Below, piece by piece: positions 23,838-35,800 of a DNA stretch of 64,000 bases. A program made the translations under genes and the position numbers. This DNA comes from Schmidtea polychroa. Taxonomy: Eukaryota. The stretch is from NCBI GenBank assembly GCA_044892525.1, contig CM097885.1:214148001-214212000 (forward strand). The letters are read 5' to 3'. A model generated the notes under the pieces. It saw only the letters and a list, made by a program, of their open reading frames with translations, ran no database searches and was not told where the DNA came from. Each line of letters begins with the position of its first letter. Within the stretch, counting starts at the first letter, position 1.

Positions 23838-26800
23838 CTATATACGTGAGCTTGGAGGGCGCTGAGCATTCCAGGCCTCCACCCACTGTTCCTGCTTGAT
23901 ATTACTTGGTCGTTTTACACGATGTTGAAAATTTCTTATTCTGGCCATTTCTAGTTCTCCGTGATGCCGTCTATCTTTGATTATTTTTATTGTCCCCCCC
24001 GTTATGATTAAAAAGGCCCCTGTTATTATTATGCCGCTGATCCACATCATCTGTTTTATGCTTATAATTTCCGCTTTTTCCTTGCTCGTTATTGTTGATA
24101 TTGCTTCTGTGCTTTTTAGATTACCGTCTTTGCCATTTCCTTTCATCATTCCTCGTATTCTTGCTATTTCCTCGTTCATACCTTCCTTTGCCATTTTTTG
24201 TATTTTCTCCATCTCCTCCTCGGATACATAATTGTCTTGATGTTTCTCACTGTTTTTCTTGCGTTTTCCTTGCTCATCTTTTTCATCATCGATTTTTCTT
24301 TTCTTTCCTCTTTTCCCAGGGTATCGTCGACATTCTCTCGCTGTATCTTTTCTCCAGATGCATATTGTGTATTCTTTTGGAGGTTGTTGCTGTATTACAT
24401 ATTGTAGACAGTCTTCACCCGGTCTTAATCTTGCGATGCAGACTTTGTGTTCTTTTCTTGGCTGGAGTTGCGTTATCACTACCTCACCTCCTTTTCCCAG
24501 GTGTACCTCCTTCCCTTTGACTTTCGTTATTCTCTTCCCTTCTCGATTTCGGTATGCTTCTTGTATTCTTACTTCCGTTATTGGTTCTGCATCTTCATTT
24601 TTTAACACTAGTCTCTGATAAGCTCTAGACATACATCTTCCTAATATACACCTTTCTTTTAAATCCCATTCTTCTTTTAGATCCCATTGCTGCTCTTGTA
24701 CTTGTTTTTTCTTTTCTTGTTTTAGTTCTTCCTCTTTGTTGTCCTTATTTTCCGTTTCTTTGGCTTCTTTTATCGTTCTCATTCCTCCCTGGGCTGTTAT
24801 CATTTCCACCATTGTTAGTACGAGTATCATTATCATCATATTTGTCTCCATTTCTTTGTTGGTAAAAAGTAGGCATACCCTCTGTTTTCCACTATTCGTC
24901 TTTTCTTCTTGCTTCATTCGGTTTCTCGGGTTATTTTCCTCTTTTTTCCTACTCGCGTCGTTATTTTCTTGATTATTCTCCTCTGATTTCTCTTTCTCTT
25001 TATTCCCGTTTCGACCTTTTTCATTATTATCGTCGTCTTTATCGTCTTTATCGTCTTTATCTCCCCCGCTATCGTTTAAAATGTCGTCCTCGACATTTAT
25101 ATCATTCAACAATCTGCGGTATGCCGTTAGCACTCTGTTTCTTGCTAATTTTGCTTCGAGTTCGAACTCCTTTCTGCCTGTTGCTACATGTCTCTTTCTA
25201 TTCCATTCTTTCACTAATTCTCTTAATTGTATCCGACGATGTTTCCCGATTCGCTTTTGTTCGTTTAGATTCTGCGTGAATTTGAGATCTTCCCTGTTTA
25301 ATACGATCATTATGATTTTCGGAGTTCCTCCTTTTGTTAGTGTATTTTTAACCATAGCATTTTCTCCGTTTTCGTAGAACTCATTTATGTTTATTGCATA
25401 TTTATTGCTTTGTGGTATTCTCCATGTTAGCAGCAACTTCATGGCTTCTAAGTTCATCCGTATCGTGTTCCATTGGAACTGTGACGTGTTTTTACAGATA
25501 TTTTCTGCCTCAGTTCTTGTAGCATTTTTACAAATGAATCTAATCATTTCCAAGTTTGGTTGTATTGTTGCCCAATCCATGGTAGAATTTCCTTCGTTTG
25601 ATATTTCGTCAAGTCTCGAACCTGATTGATGTAGTATATGTAATGTTTTCGGGTGTATATTTGTTATGGCTGCATACATCATTGCTGTTTCCCCTTGTTC
25701 ATTTTTTGCATTAGATTCTTCTCCGAAGTCTCTAAGGATTCTTATGATGGTTATTGCTCTGTTCTCTTTTGCTGCTAAAATGGCTTGTTGTAATGGTGTT
25801 CTTGAGTCTTTTGTTGGTAAGGTGAATGCTAGTGGTATAAATGTTTTTATTTTTCCTATGTCTAGATTTGTGGTCTGATCTCTTGCGTAGGTGTGTACTG
25901 TCTTGGTTATTTTTGCTAGTATCGCTTCATCGGATAGATCTTGCATTTCTTCAAAGAATACTTCTTTAGCCTTACGTACTACTATCTCTTGGTCGGAGTT
26001 TATTGTCTTTGGTTTACTTGTTGTTGCTATATCGGTTATTGGTTGCTCGACTTGTTCCTCAGACTTTCTTGTTTTTACTTTCTTCATTTTTATCTTTTTC
26101 TTGTTCGAACTGTTAATGCGTTCCTCTGCCGTTAGAACTTGAATAATACTTAGGTAGTTTTCTCGAATGTTGTTCATAGTTTCCATCATATGTAAAACAC
26201 TCACGGTGTCCCAAAATTTTACTTGTACTTTATCGGTAAATTGAGATATAGCTTTTTCGAAGTTGGTAATTCGTTTTCTGATTAGTTGTTCGTCTTTGTG
26301 ATTTGAGAATTTTATGCCTCGTTGTAGTAGTTGATTTGGAATTTCGAATAGGTGATGTCCTCTCATTGCTTCTCTCATCAAGGTATTTTCTCCTTTGGTA
26401 AATGTTTCGTTTATATCCACCATATAATCGTTTTTTATCGGGTTCCTCCATGCAATTAGTATTCCAGTAATTGTTGTTAATTTCTCTTTGATTGCAGTAA
26501 ATAGCCCGTCATACATGTTTCCTATCTCTCTATTATCCTCGTATGATATTAGATCTACTAAGATTATGAAGGCTTCCGTACTTTTCCCTTCGATTGCATG
26601 ATGTAATGCATTTTTCTGGTTGTGATCTTGTGTGGTTATCCTTGACCCAGTTTCAAGTAATGCGATGATAATATCTTTAGCTTTATCCCGATTGGCTGCT
26701 ATCATTAGTGGGGTGTAACCTTGGTTGTTTTCTTGATCTGTCGAAATGTTACAATCGCGAAATGCTTCAATTGTTTCTAATATCTGTTCGTTACTACCCA

Positions 26801-29800
26801 CCTTTAAAAGCTTGTGCAGGGGTGTGTCTCCGTAATGGTCTGTGATCGTGAATAATATAGGCCATTGACTTTTAACTACCCTGAGCAATGGGTGTGTTCT
26901 TTCTCGGTTTGCATAATTTTCGATCATTGTTAGCAGACCTCCCAATATCTCAAAATCTAATCTGTCTTCTGCCCATCCGGGCATTTTAACTTTTACTTCC
27001 TTTATGATTTTCTCGGCTTCTGATGGTTGTAACCCTAATCGATTACCTGTTGGTTCGTTTATTTGCTGTAACATGTTTATTCTATACGTTTGTGATCTTG
27101 TCGTTAGTGTACGTCCTTCTGGCTGACTGGTGGCGGTTTTCGGAATTGGCTTACATCGTGCAACATTTACATATATTGGCCTTGTAAAAGGGTTGTTCAC
27201 TAATCGTACTCTTACATTAGTTTCTCCGACGAATAGAATCTCATACGGCCCTTTACCGTTTCGTTGTAATTTTTTGGTGGTTCCTGGAATTAATTCTGGT
27301 GTTTCAATCATCACCCAATCGCCTGTTTGAAACGTATGCTGTTTGACGTTTTTCTTTCTATCATGTAACTCTTTGTAACTTTCTTGATAAAATTTTATAT
27401 TCAATCCTGCGGTTTCCCAGATTTCCTGCATTCTTTCCTTGAACTTGGTTACATAATCGTCTATTTCCATGTACTGTGATATCGGTGGCTGATATTCTAA
27501 ATCCATTGGCATATTGCATTCTCTGCCGTACATCAACTTGAACGGACTCATCTTTGTGGACGCGTGAATCGACATTCTGTAAGCCATGAGGCATAATTTT
27601 ATATATTCATCCCAGTCTCGTTGATGACGATCGACATAATTTGATAACATTTGAATCAGTGTTCCATTGAATCTTTCTGTCATACCATTAGTTTGTGGAT
27701 GGTACGGTGATGTTCTTAATTTTGCGATCTTGAAGTAGTTGGTGACTTCGCTCATTATTTCGCTCATGAAATTCGTTCCTTGATCCGTCAGTATTTGTTT
27801 CGGCGTTCCATATCGACAACATATTTCCTCTACCAATATTTTTGCGATTGTTCTTGCTTTCTGATCTGCCATTGCGAATGCTTCGGGGAATTTTGTCAAA
27901 TAATCTGTGATTACTAATATATATATATTTCCTCTATCTGATTCTGGTAGTGGACCGACTACGTCCATTGATATCATTGTCATTGGTTCTGCTGGCACTG
28001 GCATTGGCTTTAATGGTGCCTTCCATTTTGTTCCCGTGTTTTTTCTGGTTGCGCAAGTTATGCAATTTTTCACCCATTCCGTTACATCCTCGGTCAATGT
28101 AGGCCAAAAATATTTTTGTTTCATTCGTGCCAACGTCTTTTTAGATGACATATGTCCTCCGAGTCTTCCGTCATGGTATTGTGTTAGTAGATCTTTACGT
28201 CTATTCTCGGGAATGCACATCAGTCTTTTCTCGCCATCCATTATCAATAACCAATCTTTCTCGATAATATATCGATGTCGATGTTTATCCATATGCTCCT
28301 TCAATTTTTGATCTTTCTCATATACCTCTGCTTTCCCTGTTTTCACATATTCAATGATTTGCTTCAACTCTGTATCCTCTTGTTGGTCTTTCCGTAATTG
28401 GCAAAAATCTAAATCTTCTGCTACCATCAGACATATTCGTTGCATTTCGTGATCTACTAAATCTGGAAAGATAAATCTGGACATACAATCCGCATTGGCA
28501 TTCGCTCTTCCCGCTTTGAATTTTATGAACGGTGAATATTCTTGTAACTGCATTGCCCATCGCATCAATCTACTTGAAGCTTCTTTGTGTTGACCAAGCC
28601 ATACTAATGGTTGATGATCCGTGGTGATACATATTTCGTGTCCCCATAACAAATATCGAAAATGTTTAATTGCTTGTATGATTGCTAACGCTTCTCTCTC
28701 GGTTACGGAATAGTTTTTCTCGTGCTTTTTAAACGTTCTACTGTAGTATCCAATCACTCTTTCTTTTCCTTCTTCATCCAGTTGTCCTAATATTGCTCCG
28801 GCTGCATATCCACTTGCATCTGTTGCTAATAGGAACGGTTTCTTGAAATCAGGGTGTACTAGTATTGGGGCTTCAATTAATTTATCTCGCAATGTCTCAA
28901 ACGCTTTTTGTTGTTCTGCACCCCAAATAAATGAAATATCCTTTTTCACTAATTCCTGTATTGGTTTCGCAATACCTGCATAGTTTTTGATGAATTTTCG
29001 ATAATATCCGCATAATCCGAGAAATTCTTGAACTTGGGTGACAGTTTTTGGTGCTGGACATGTTTTTATTTTTTCTATGTTCCTTGGATCTGGTTCTTTG
29101 CCTTTTGCTGACACTATGTGTCCTAAGAACGTAACCTTTTCTTTTGCCCAATCACATTTGGATGGTTTAAGTTTCAGTTTCCATTGTCGTAATCGAACGA
29201 ACACATTTCTGATATCTTCCAAATGTTGTTCGAATGTTGCTGAATATATTAATAAATCATCAATATATACCATACACTGCTTGATCCCGTGTGTGACAAA
29301 ATTCATACATCTCTGGAATGATGCTGGGGCGTTGGTCAGTCCGAACGGCATTTTCCTGAATTGGTATAGATCTCGGCCCAATGTGAATGCTGTTTTCTCT
29401 TTGTCTTCCTCCTTGACTTTGATCTGCCAATATCCGCTTTTCAGATCTAAAGATGTAAAATATGCGGCCCCCTGTAACATAAGTAACATCTCATTGATGT
29501 CTGGTAACGGGTATGTGTCTCTTTTTGTTACTGCATTTAATTTCCGATAATCGATACAGAATCTCTGAGTACCGTCTTTTTTCTTCACCATGACTACTGG
29601 AAATTGCCATGGTGAGCAACTTGGTTCGATCACTTGTGCATCTAGCATTTTTTGTACTTCTGCTTCGGCTATCTCTTTTTGCTTCTCTGCTAGTTTGTAT
29701 GGGCGTAGTGCGATTGGAGTTTCGTCTATTAATGGTATTGCGTGTAATGTAACATCGCATGCTCCCAAATCTAAATCCGAAATTGCGAATATATCTTTAT

Positions 29801-32800
29801 ATTCTATCAATAATTGTTGAAGTCTCTCCTTCTCTTTTTCCGTTAGCAAGGTGCTGTCAATTATCCATAATTCGTCAGCTTTCGTTGTTTCGTTGATGAT
29901 TTTTGGTAATTCGATGTCTATCATGGGTGTCAATCTACCCAATCTTTCATTTTCATATATGATCTTGTCTTCTTCCTCAAAATTTGTGATGTTAATTGGT
30001 ATTTCCCCGTCTTCATTTATTGTTATTATTTCTCTTGCTAATGGTAATTCTCGTCGTTTTTCGAATGATTTGCTTGGCTCAAAAATGACTTCTCCTTCCA
30101 TTCCTGCATCCACTTTTATTTGACATATCATCTGTGATTTTGCGGGTACAATTATTTTCTCCGGGCATCTAATTATTGCGTTCATCTTGCATATTCTACC
30201 CATTTTGTCTTTTAGACACATTGTTGTTAAATCGATTACTACTTCCTTAAATAATTCCGGCATTAAATCCGTTCCGATTATACATGGTTCACTCAGTTTG
30301 GGTATCACCGCTAGATACGTTTCAATTTCGTTATCCTGATATCGTAACGTAGTCCACCATCTTCCTACTACGTCTACGGTTTCTTTACTGCATGCAATAA
30401 TATGGATAGTTGTTTGTTCGATATCCTTCCAACATTTACTGGGTATTTGGTTTATTGCTATTGCTGATACGTTTGCTCCGGTATCTATCATGGCGCTTGT
30501 CTCTTTCCCGTTGATTTGGATCATGACTGTTACTGCCGCACCTCCTGGTGAACTCATCACTGCTATCGTTCTTACGTCGTCCGCTTGGTCTACACTTTTC
30601 GTTCTTCGGGTCGGCATATAGTTCATTCCTGGTTGACTTGGTAACTGTGGATACATATTTTGTGTCATGGTCAAAGCTGTTTGTTGTCCAACGATATCTG
30701 GTGGTATGTAACTTCCGTTGGCTATCCAGGTATTTGTTTTTTCTTTCTCCCAATATGGTGCTGTTTCTATTGGCTTTTCATTCGGGTTTCTACTTGGATA
30801 TGGGTATTTGTCATTCCCGTTGTCGTCATCATCACTATCGCTGCTGTTTGATCGATTCCTAAATCTGTCTAAGAATTTTGGTTTGTTCTTTTTCAGTTGC
30901 GTCCTTGTTGCTTCATCATACATCGTTTTCCGAAATCGTCTACCGACTTCCTCGTCAGTTCCTTTTATTTTTGTCAGTATTTTGATCAATCGTTTTATTC
31001 TGTGTATGTCTTTAGAATGACCGTGCAACACCATTGTTTTCGCCAAAAATGGTAGAAAGCCTACTATCAATTTCCAATTTACCTTCTTTTCTCTCTTATA
31101 GATATCAAAACACGCTAACATTTGAGTTAATATTACTCTGACGATCTGAATAATTAAGATGATTCCCAATATTCCTGCCATCATTTGACCGAACACTAGA
31201 AATCTTCCCCACATTGCTTTCATCATGTTTGACGTGGCTTGTTGAAAATGATCAGGTGACAATAATAGTTCGTAATTGGGGCCTGACTGGAAATTCGTTC
31301 CCCCAGTTATGGTAACCATATTCGATAGAATGGATTCCCGTCTTGCTGGGAATAATACGTTTAATCGTGCCGTTTCTAAATCCTCCGGTGAGTACATACC
31401 TGCTTTTGACACATCAATTGGTTTGAAATCTTGTTCTGTTGCGAGTTCTATTAGTCCAAACTTTTTAGGTTCTTGTACTTCGGTTTTTACCGGTAACATT
31501 ATCCATTTCCCATCGGGTTTTTCATATAACGGTCCGTATGCATTTGAACAGTTAAAGGTGTTCGGGTAAAATCCAATTGGGTTCATTATTCGAGTGACGG
31601 GTTGAACGAATCTGTTTCGCCCTTTGTAACTAATTTCTAACTCGTTTGCACATTTCCCTGGTGGAATCGTGGGCTTTCTTGGCAGTCGCGCAAATGTCTT
31701 GGTACATGCATATGTATACATTACCTCTCCCACCATTCTACCAAAATGTCCATCCGGTAACGGGAGTGATGGCATTGTGTTATCTGGGTGTGTTATTGCG
31801 ATGGCTAATTTTGTTTTTAGTATCTCTTTATTCAATGAACAGTCATTTTGTATAAGATCGTAATACACTTTTTGCATTGTCGTTTGTCCTCGGTGAAATA
31901 AAAAGTCCATTTTGTTATTGGCGTACAGGTACAATTTTACGTCCTCTGTTGCTACCTTTCCCACTGCTCGGTCTATTACTTGCCTGGACATGTAGATACC
32001 TGCGTAGTTCGTCCGGTATACTATGCTGTCACATTTGGTGGTCTCTTTTTCTCTAATGAATCTCATGCCGATATCTGGGTCATCTGTAATTAATGCCGTT
32101 GGTGTTTTTTGGGTTGTGAGTCTCTTTTCTTTGGGGGATGGCGGAACTGGTTTCCCATTTCGCATCCTTACGTTTCCATTCTCTTCATCGTCATCCTCGT
32201 TTTCGTAAATTTCTCCTTTTACTTCATTGAATAGAGCACTTTTTAACAATTGGAGTCGGCATTTTTGGGTGTTAGCTTCATATATTATAGTCGAAATTCC
32301 CGTTCTACACACGTTTTCCGTAGCTCTGCATGCTGGGTTGGTTTTCATTTGATAGTTGTTCGCGTCGAATTGTGCTTCGTATTCCTTCAACTCCACTGTG
32401 TAGGACTCAATTACTACTACTCCCGATATCACCTCTCCTCTGATCGTATATGTGCCTCCGTTACATGATCCATCAGTTGATTTTACTCGTCCAGCGACAT
32501 AGATACTTTCTGTCTTGATCATTCCGCTTTGTCCGTGTATTGTTACTCCATCCCTGATTCTCATTGCTCCGGTTCTAAAAAGCTCTTTACAGTCTTCCCG
32601 TTGTATAGGTACTATTTCTTTATCTAATCCCGGTAATATAAGGGTTGAATATGAGTATTGTCCACAGTAATATGCCAACACTTTCTTTGATACTACGCAT
32701 TCTCTAGCTTGCGTTCTAATGAAATCTGATTCTTGGTATACGTGATAGGAGACTTTCTTCTTTACTATATCTAATTTATTCGGAGACGCCTGTCTACATT

Positions 32801-35800
32801 CCTCTATATCTCTCAGGGAGTATCTTTCTCCTATTATCGAATTGTCACAGTCGTAAATAGTAAATCCCGCGGCTCCACTGGTGCAGAGCATCCATATCAT
32901 CATGGTCATCATTAGTGAATTAATCGACGCTTTTCTGCTGGCTGGGTCTTTCAATGGCAATTCCCATTCTAGCTCATGTAGTAACTTCTTCAACCGAATT
33001 TGCATTGATCTCTCTTGCTCGTTTTTTCGTGGCGCTTGTATGAGTCTTTTCCACCCACCGGCGCGGATGATATGTGGTTCGATTGTATTTTCAATGATTG
33101 TGACGGTCATTTCTACATGATTTGCGAATTGTTTGTTAGGTATTTTCCTTGCTGCTAATCCCATCAAATTGTACATTAGATACGTTAATACTACTAAATG
33201 ATGTTCGTCGTCGTTTGCGTTTAAAGTTAATTGTTCAATTACTCTTCTTGTCTCTTCCCAATCGGTTTTAGTGGTTTTTGTCTTCTCTTTGATTAATTTC
33301 GGAATTATTCCGGATATTGTATTCCATAGTTGTCTGGCGTCTACGCTTGCTACTTTTCGTTGCCATAACCGTCGCAATTGTGGGTTCGTTATTATTAGCA
33401 TATCTTTTACTAGCTCTCGTATCCATTTTTCGCCTCTTTCGATAGTTGGCTGGGCCTCTTTTAGATCCCACACTATTTTATCCAGTTTCTCTAATCTGAC
33501 TTGTCCTTGTTCTTGTTTCAGTTGTTCTCTAGTTTTAAATTCCGGTTTTTCTCCTTGCTTCTTGGGTCTCCCTTTTGCCCGTTTTTCCATCATTGTTCCG
33601 GCTTCCCTTGTATTTTCATAATTCGGGTTTCTCTCGTTATCCGTTCTTGGCAATGAGCTATCGTTATTTCTTAGCCATTCGTTCCATTCGTCTATTATTT
33701 TGTCCGTTTGACCTTCTGGTGTTGCTTTCGTTGGTCCTTTCTGTCGTTGGAATTGTTCGTCGGTTTCGGTTTCTGTTGTATTATCGATAATCTCCTCGAT
33801 ACTCAGCTTATTTGGCTGCTGATAGCTAGTTGACGGTTGGCTTGTTGTCCATATTTCGGCTCCTGTCGGCCATCTTACCAGAATTGGTGATCTTTCTCCA
33901 GCTCCTTCATCGCTGTCTTCCAATATAATTTCCTCGATTTCCTCGGTTTCATTCGTTTTACTTGCCACTTTGTTAGGGCTTGGTGTACTCAAGCTACCTT
34001 TCGTAGGTTTACTGGATGTGTTCTTCCTTTTAATCGGTTTTCCCAATGTTTCTACCATTGTCAATACATTGATCTCCCCCAATCTCATGGGTGTTATTCC
34101 GACATCTGCATTATCATCCAACGATTTTCCGAATAGTTGTAGGTGAAACGGAGTTTCGTATGCTAATTTCTTTTTTAACTCTCTGATCTTTGTTGTTGGA
34201 TGTACTTCTGTATCCTCAATGCTTTTGTCGGGATACTTGACTCGGATACGATACCTTTCCTGGGTATCTTGTGCCCATTCTTGGTTTCTCCATTTCCTAA
34301 TAATTTGTTCTAGCTGTTCTGGGTACCATTCGTTATATTGTCTGTATTCCTCAATCGCTTTCGCCATTTCTCTTAGATTGTGGATATTCTCTGATGTCTT
34401 TAGGATGATGTTAGCCAATGCTATTACTTGACGTTTTTGATTTTTTGTTCCCGTTGCTAAGATATCACCTAATTGTTTATATCTTTCCTTCTCTTCTCGT
34501 TCTCGAGCTTCCATCGCTTCTTCGCTATCCATATCGGCATATTCGCGTTCTTTCTTTCTCATCGCATGAATATGTCTGGTTTCCGTTTCACTTTCTGATG
34601 TAACATCCGTTTCGCTTCCGTCGTCCGATGTCGATTCTATTTCGTCCTCTTCGTATTTTGGAGGTTCATCTTCCTCTTCTTCTGATTCACTTTCTATCTC
34701 ACCAATGTCTGTTTCCACGAAAATCCCTTTCCTGATTTTCCATTCTTTGTTTTCCGCATTCCACGTCCTTTCCCATGGGGTTCGTCTGCAGGATCTCACA
34801 CTTAGTTTCTTTATTTTTCCTTGAAGCTCTTTTTCTTTTAACCACTGTTGATGAATTTCAATTATCTCTACTGATTTTTGATATAGCGTTTTCATCCTGT
34901 CTCGTATTTCTTTCTGGTATGTTATATCTCTTGTTCGGAATTCGTCCATGGGCAATATTCTGATGATTTGATGATTATCCCACATTCCCATTTCGCTTAG
35001 CGAGGTGTCGTCTTCGGCCCGTAATATTATTTTATCGTACATCATGACTACGTCATCTATCATCCCGTCGCTACTCTCGCTTCGTACTTTTTCCGTTATC
35101 TCTTGGTTTATCTTGGTTACTAAGTCATCTACCGTACTCTGATTACTCATCTTTATTCGTCGTTTCTCCTCGTTTGGTAACCATATGGTTATTTCTAATT
35201 TCTGCGGTTGCGTTTCTTTCAACCTGCCATATTTGTGGATCAAATTTATGGTTCTCCAATCGCTCATCCTGAGCAATTCTGTATCTCGTAATCGGCTCAT
35301 TAGCTCATGCATGTCTGGAGTTCGTCTTGCTATGAGTAAATCCCAGTTATCTTCGACTTGTTCTTGAATTTGTTTGATTAATTTATCTAGATTTCGTCGC
35401 AAGGTGCATTGTTTTATTTGTTCCAGCTTCAGCTTGATGTTAAAATCGTATTCGGCCTTGGCGTCTTTAGCCCATTCGTGAATATTTGCTGGTTGTTTCT
35501 CTTTATACAATTTCAATATTTGAGTTTCTCCTGGCCAGATCAATGCATCTATTAGGTGCATGTCTGGTTTGATTTGTTCTCCTTGATATTGATACAGATA
35601 TTCTTTCTTTCTCGAGCTGCCCAAATGTTCTCTTATCCAATCGAAAAGGTCGTCTGTGACTGCATTTTTTATCCATATTCTCTCGAGTCCTTTACTCGTT
35701 CCGATTTTTATTACATAGCGTGTTGTCTCCGCTTGTTTCATTTTTTCCATATACTTCTTTATTATCACTTTTTCCTCGTTTGGTATTAGGTCTTTTTCGT

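Noticed and set aside
29930-30170. dUTPase-like beta segment between protease and RT
   Set aside because: No catalytic dUTPase motifs visible; similar linkers are common in gypsy pol
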